A stretch of 64,000 nt of DNA, taken from contig CT867985.1 in assembly GCA_000165425.1 (NCBI GenBank), positions 496,001 through 560,000 of the forward strand, written 5' to 3'. This DNA is from Paramecium tetraurelia. Taxonomy: Eukaryota. Position 1 is the first letter of the stretch. Each line of letters starts with the position of its first letter. Under the pieces are notes generated by a model, which did not search any database, was not told the DNA's origin, and saw only the letters and a list, made by a program, of their open reading frames with translations. Both the position numbers and the translations under genes were made by a program. Of this stretch, positions 63,628 to 64,000 are shown piece after piece.

Positions 63628-64000
63628 ATGGGAGTTGGTAAACCCAGAGGTATGAGAGCCGGAAGAAAGCTCAAAGATCACAGAAGAGTTAACAGATGGG
63701 CTGATAAGGAATACAATAAGGCTATGATTGGGTCAAGATATAAGAATCCATTCATGGGTGCATCACATGCTAAAGGTTTGGTTGTCGAAAAGATCGGAGT
63801 GTAAATATACTTTTTAATGTGTATCTAGTGAATCCAAATAACCAAACTCTGCTGTCAGAGAGTGTGTTAGAGTCTTATTGAAAAAGAATGGTAAAAAAAT
63901 ATCAGCCTTCGTTCCCAAGGATGGTTGCTTAAACTTTTTAAATGAAAATGACGAAGTCACTGTAGCTGGATTCGGAAGAAAGGGACATGCAGTCGGTGAT
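63628..64000 (+). CDS. RPS23: 40S ribosomal protein S23 (uS12), runs off the window
   Basis: [50 protein letters not shown]; one intron. Confidence 0.97.

Noticed and set aside
1..64000. Retained IESs, Tc1/mariner transposons, telomeric repeats, tRNA/rRNA
   Set aside because: Gene interruptions are GT-AG introns or 1-nt indels rather than TA-bounded inserts; no transposase, C4A2/C3A3 tract or structured RNA gene recognised by eye

Overview
AT-rich, gene-dense eukaryotic DNA that reads only with the ciliate nuclear code (TAA/TAG = Gln, TGA = sole stop) and has tiny GT..AG introns (20-38 nt). This is characteristic of a Paramecium macronuclear chromosome, so the supplied standard-code ORF track is fragmentary or antisense noise. 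Manual re-translation gives about 30 protein genes. In order: Spindle-E/TDRD9-like DExH helicase (runs off the left edge), LZIC, HP1-like chromo+chromoshadow protein, tandem-WWE protein, ~3100-aa Cys-rich/beta-helix membrane protein, UBE2K, NECAP, proteasome beta2, RSP4/6, 2xCBM48-Kelch, jacalin-PX-BAR sorting nexin, F-BAR/SBF2 protein, arrestin-like, OSCA/TMEM63-like, IQ-MORN, a large E/Q/H/V tandem-repeat CaaX protein spanning an assembly gap, a double ePHD/PZP protein, three divergent actins, IFT140, a CK2alpha-like kinase with a signal-peptide-like N-terminus, aldo-keto reductase, two small xDDL-ending secretory proteins, PIG-T, YAK1-like kinase, mevalonate kinase and RPS23 (runs off the right edge). 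Several clustered 1-nt insertions look like sequencing errors. No rRNA, tRNA, telomere, CRISPR array or transposon was recognised. Domain calls come from motif recognition by eye, not from database searches.
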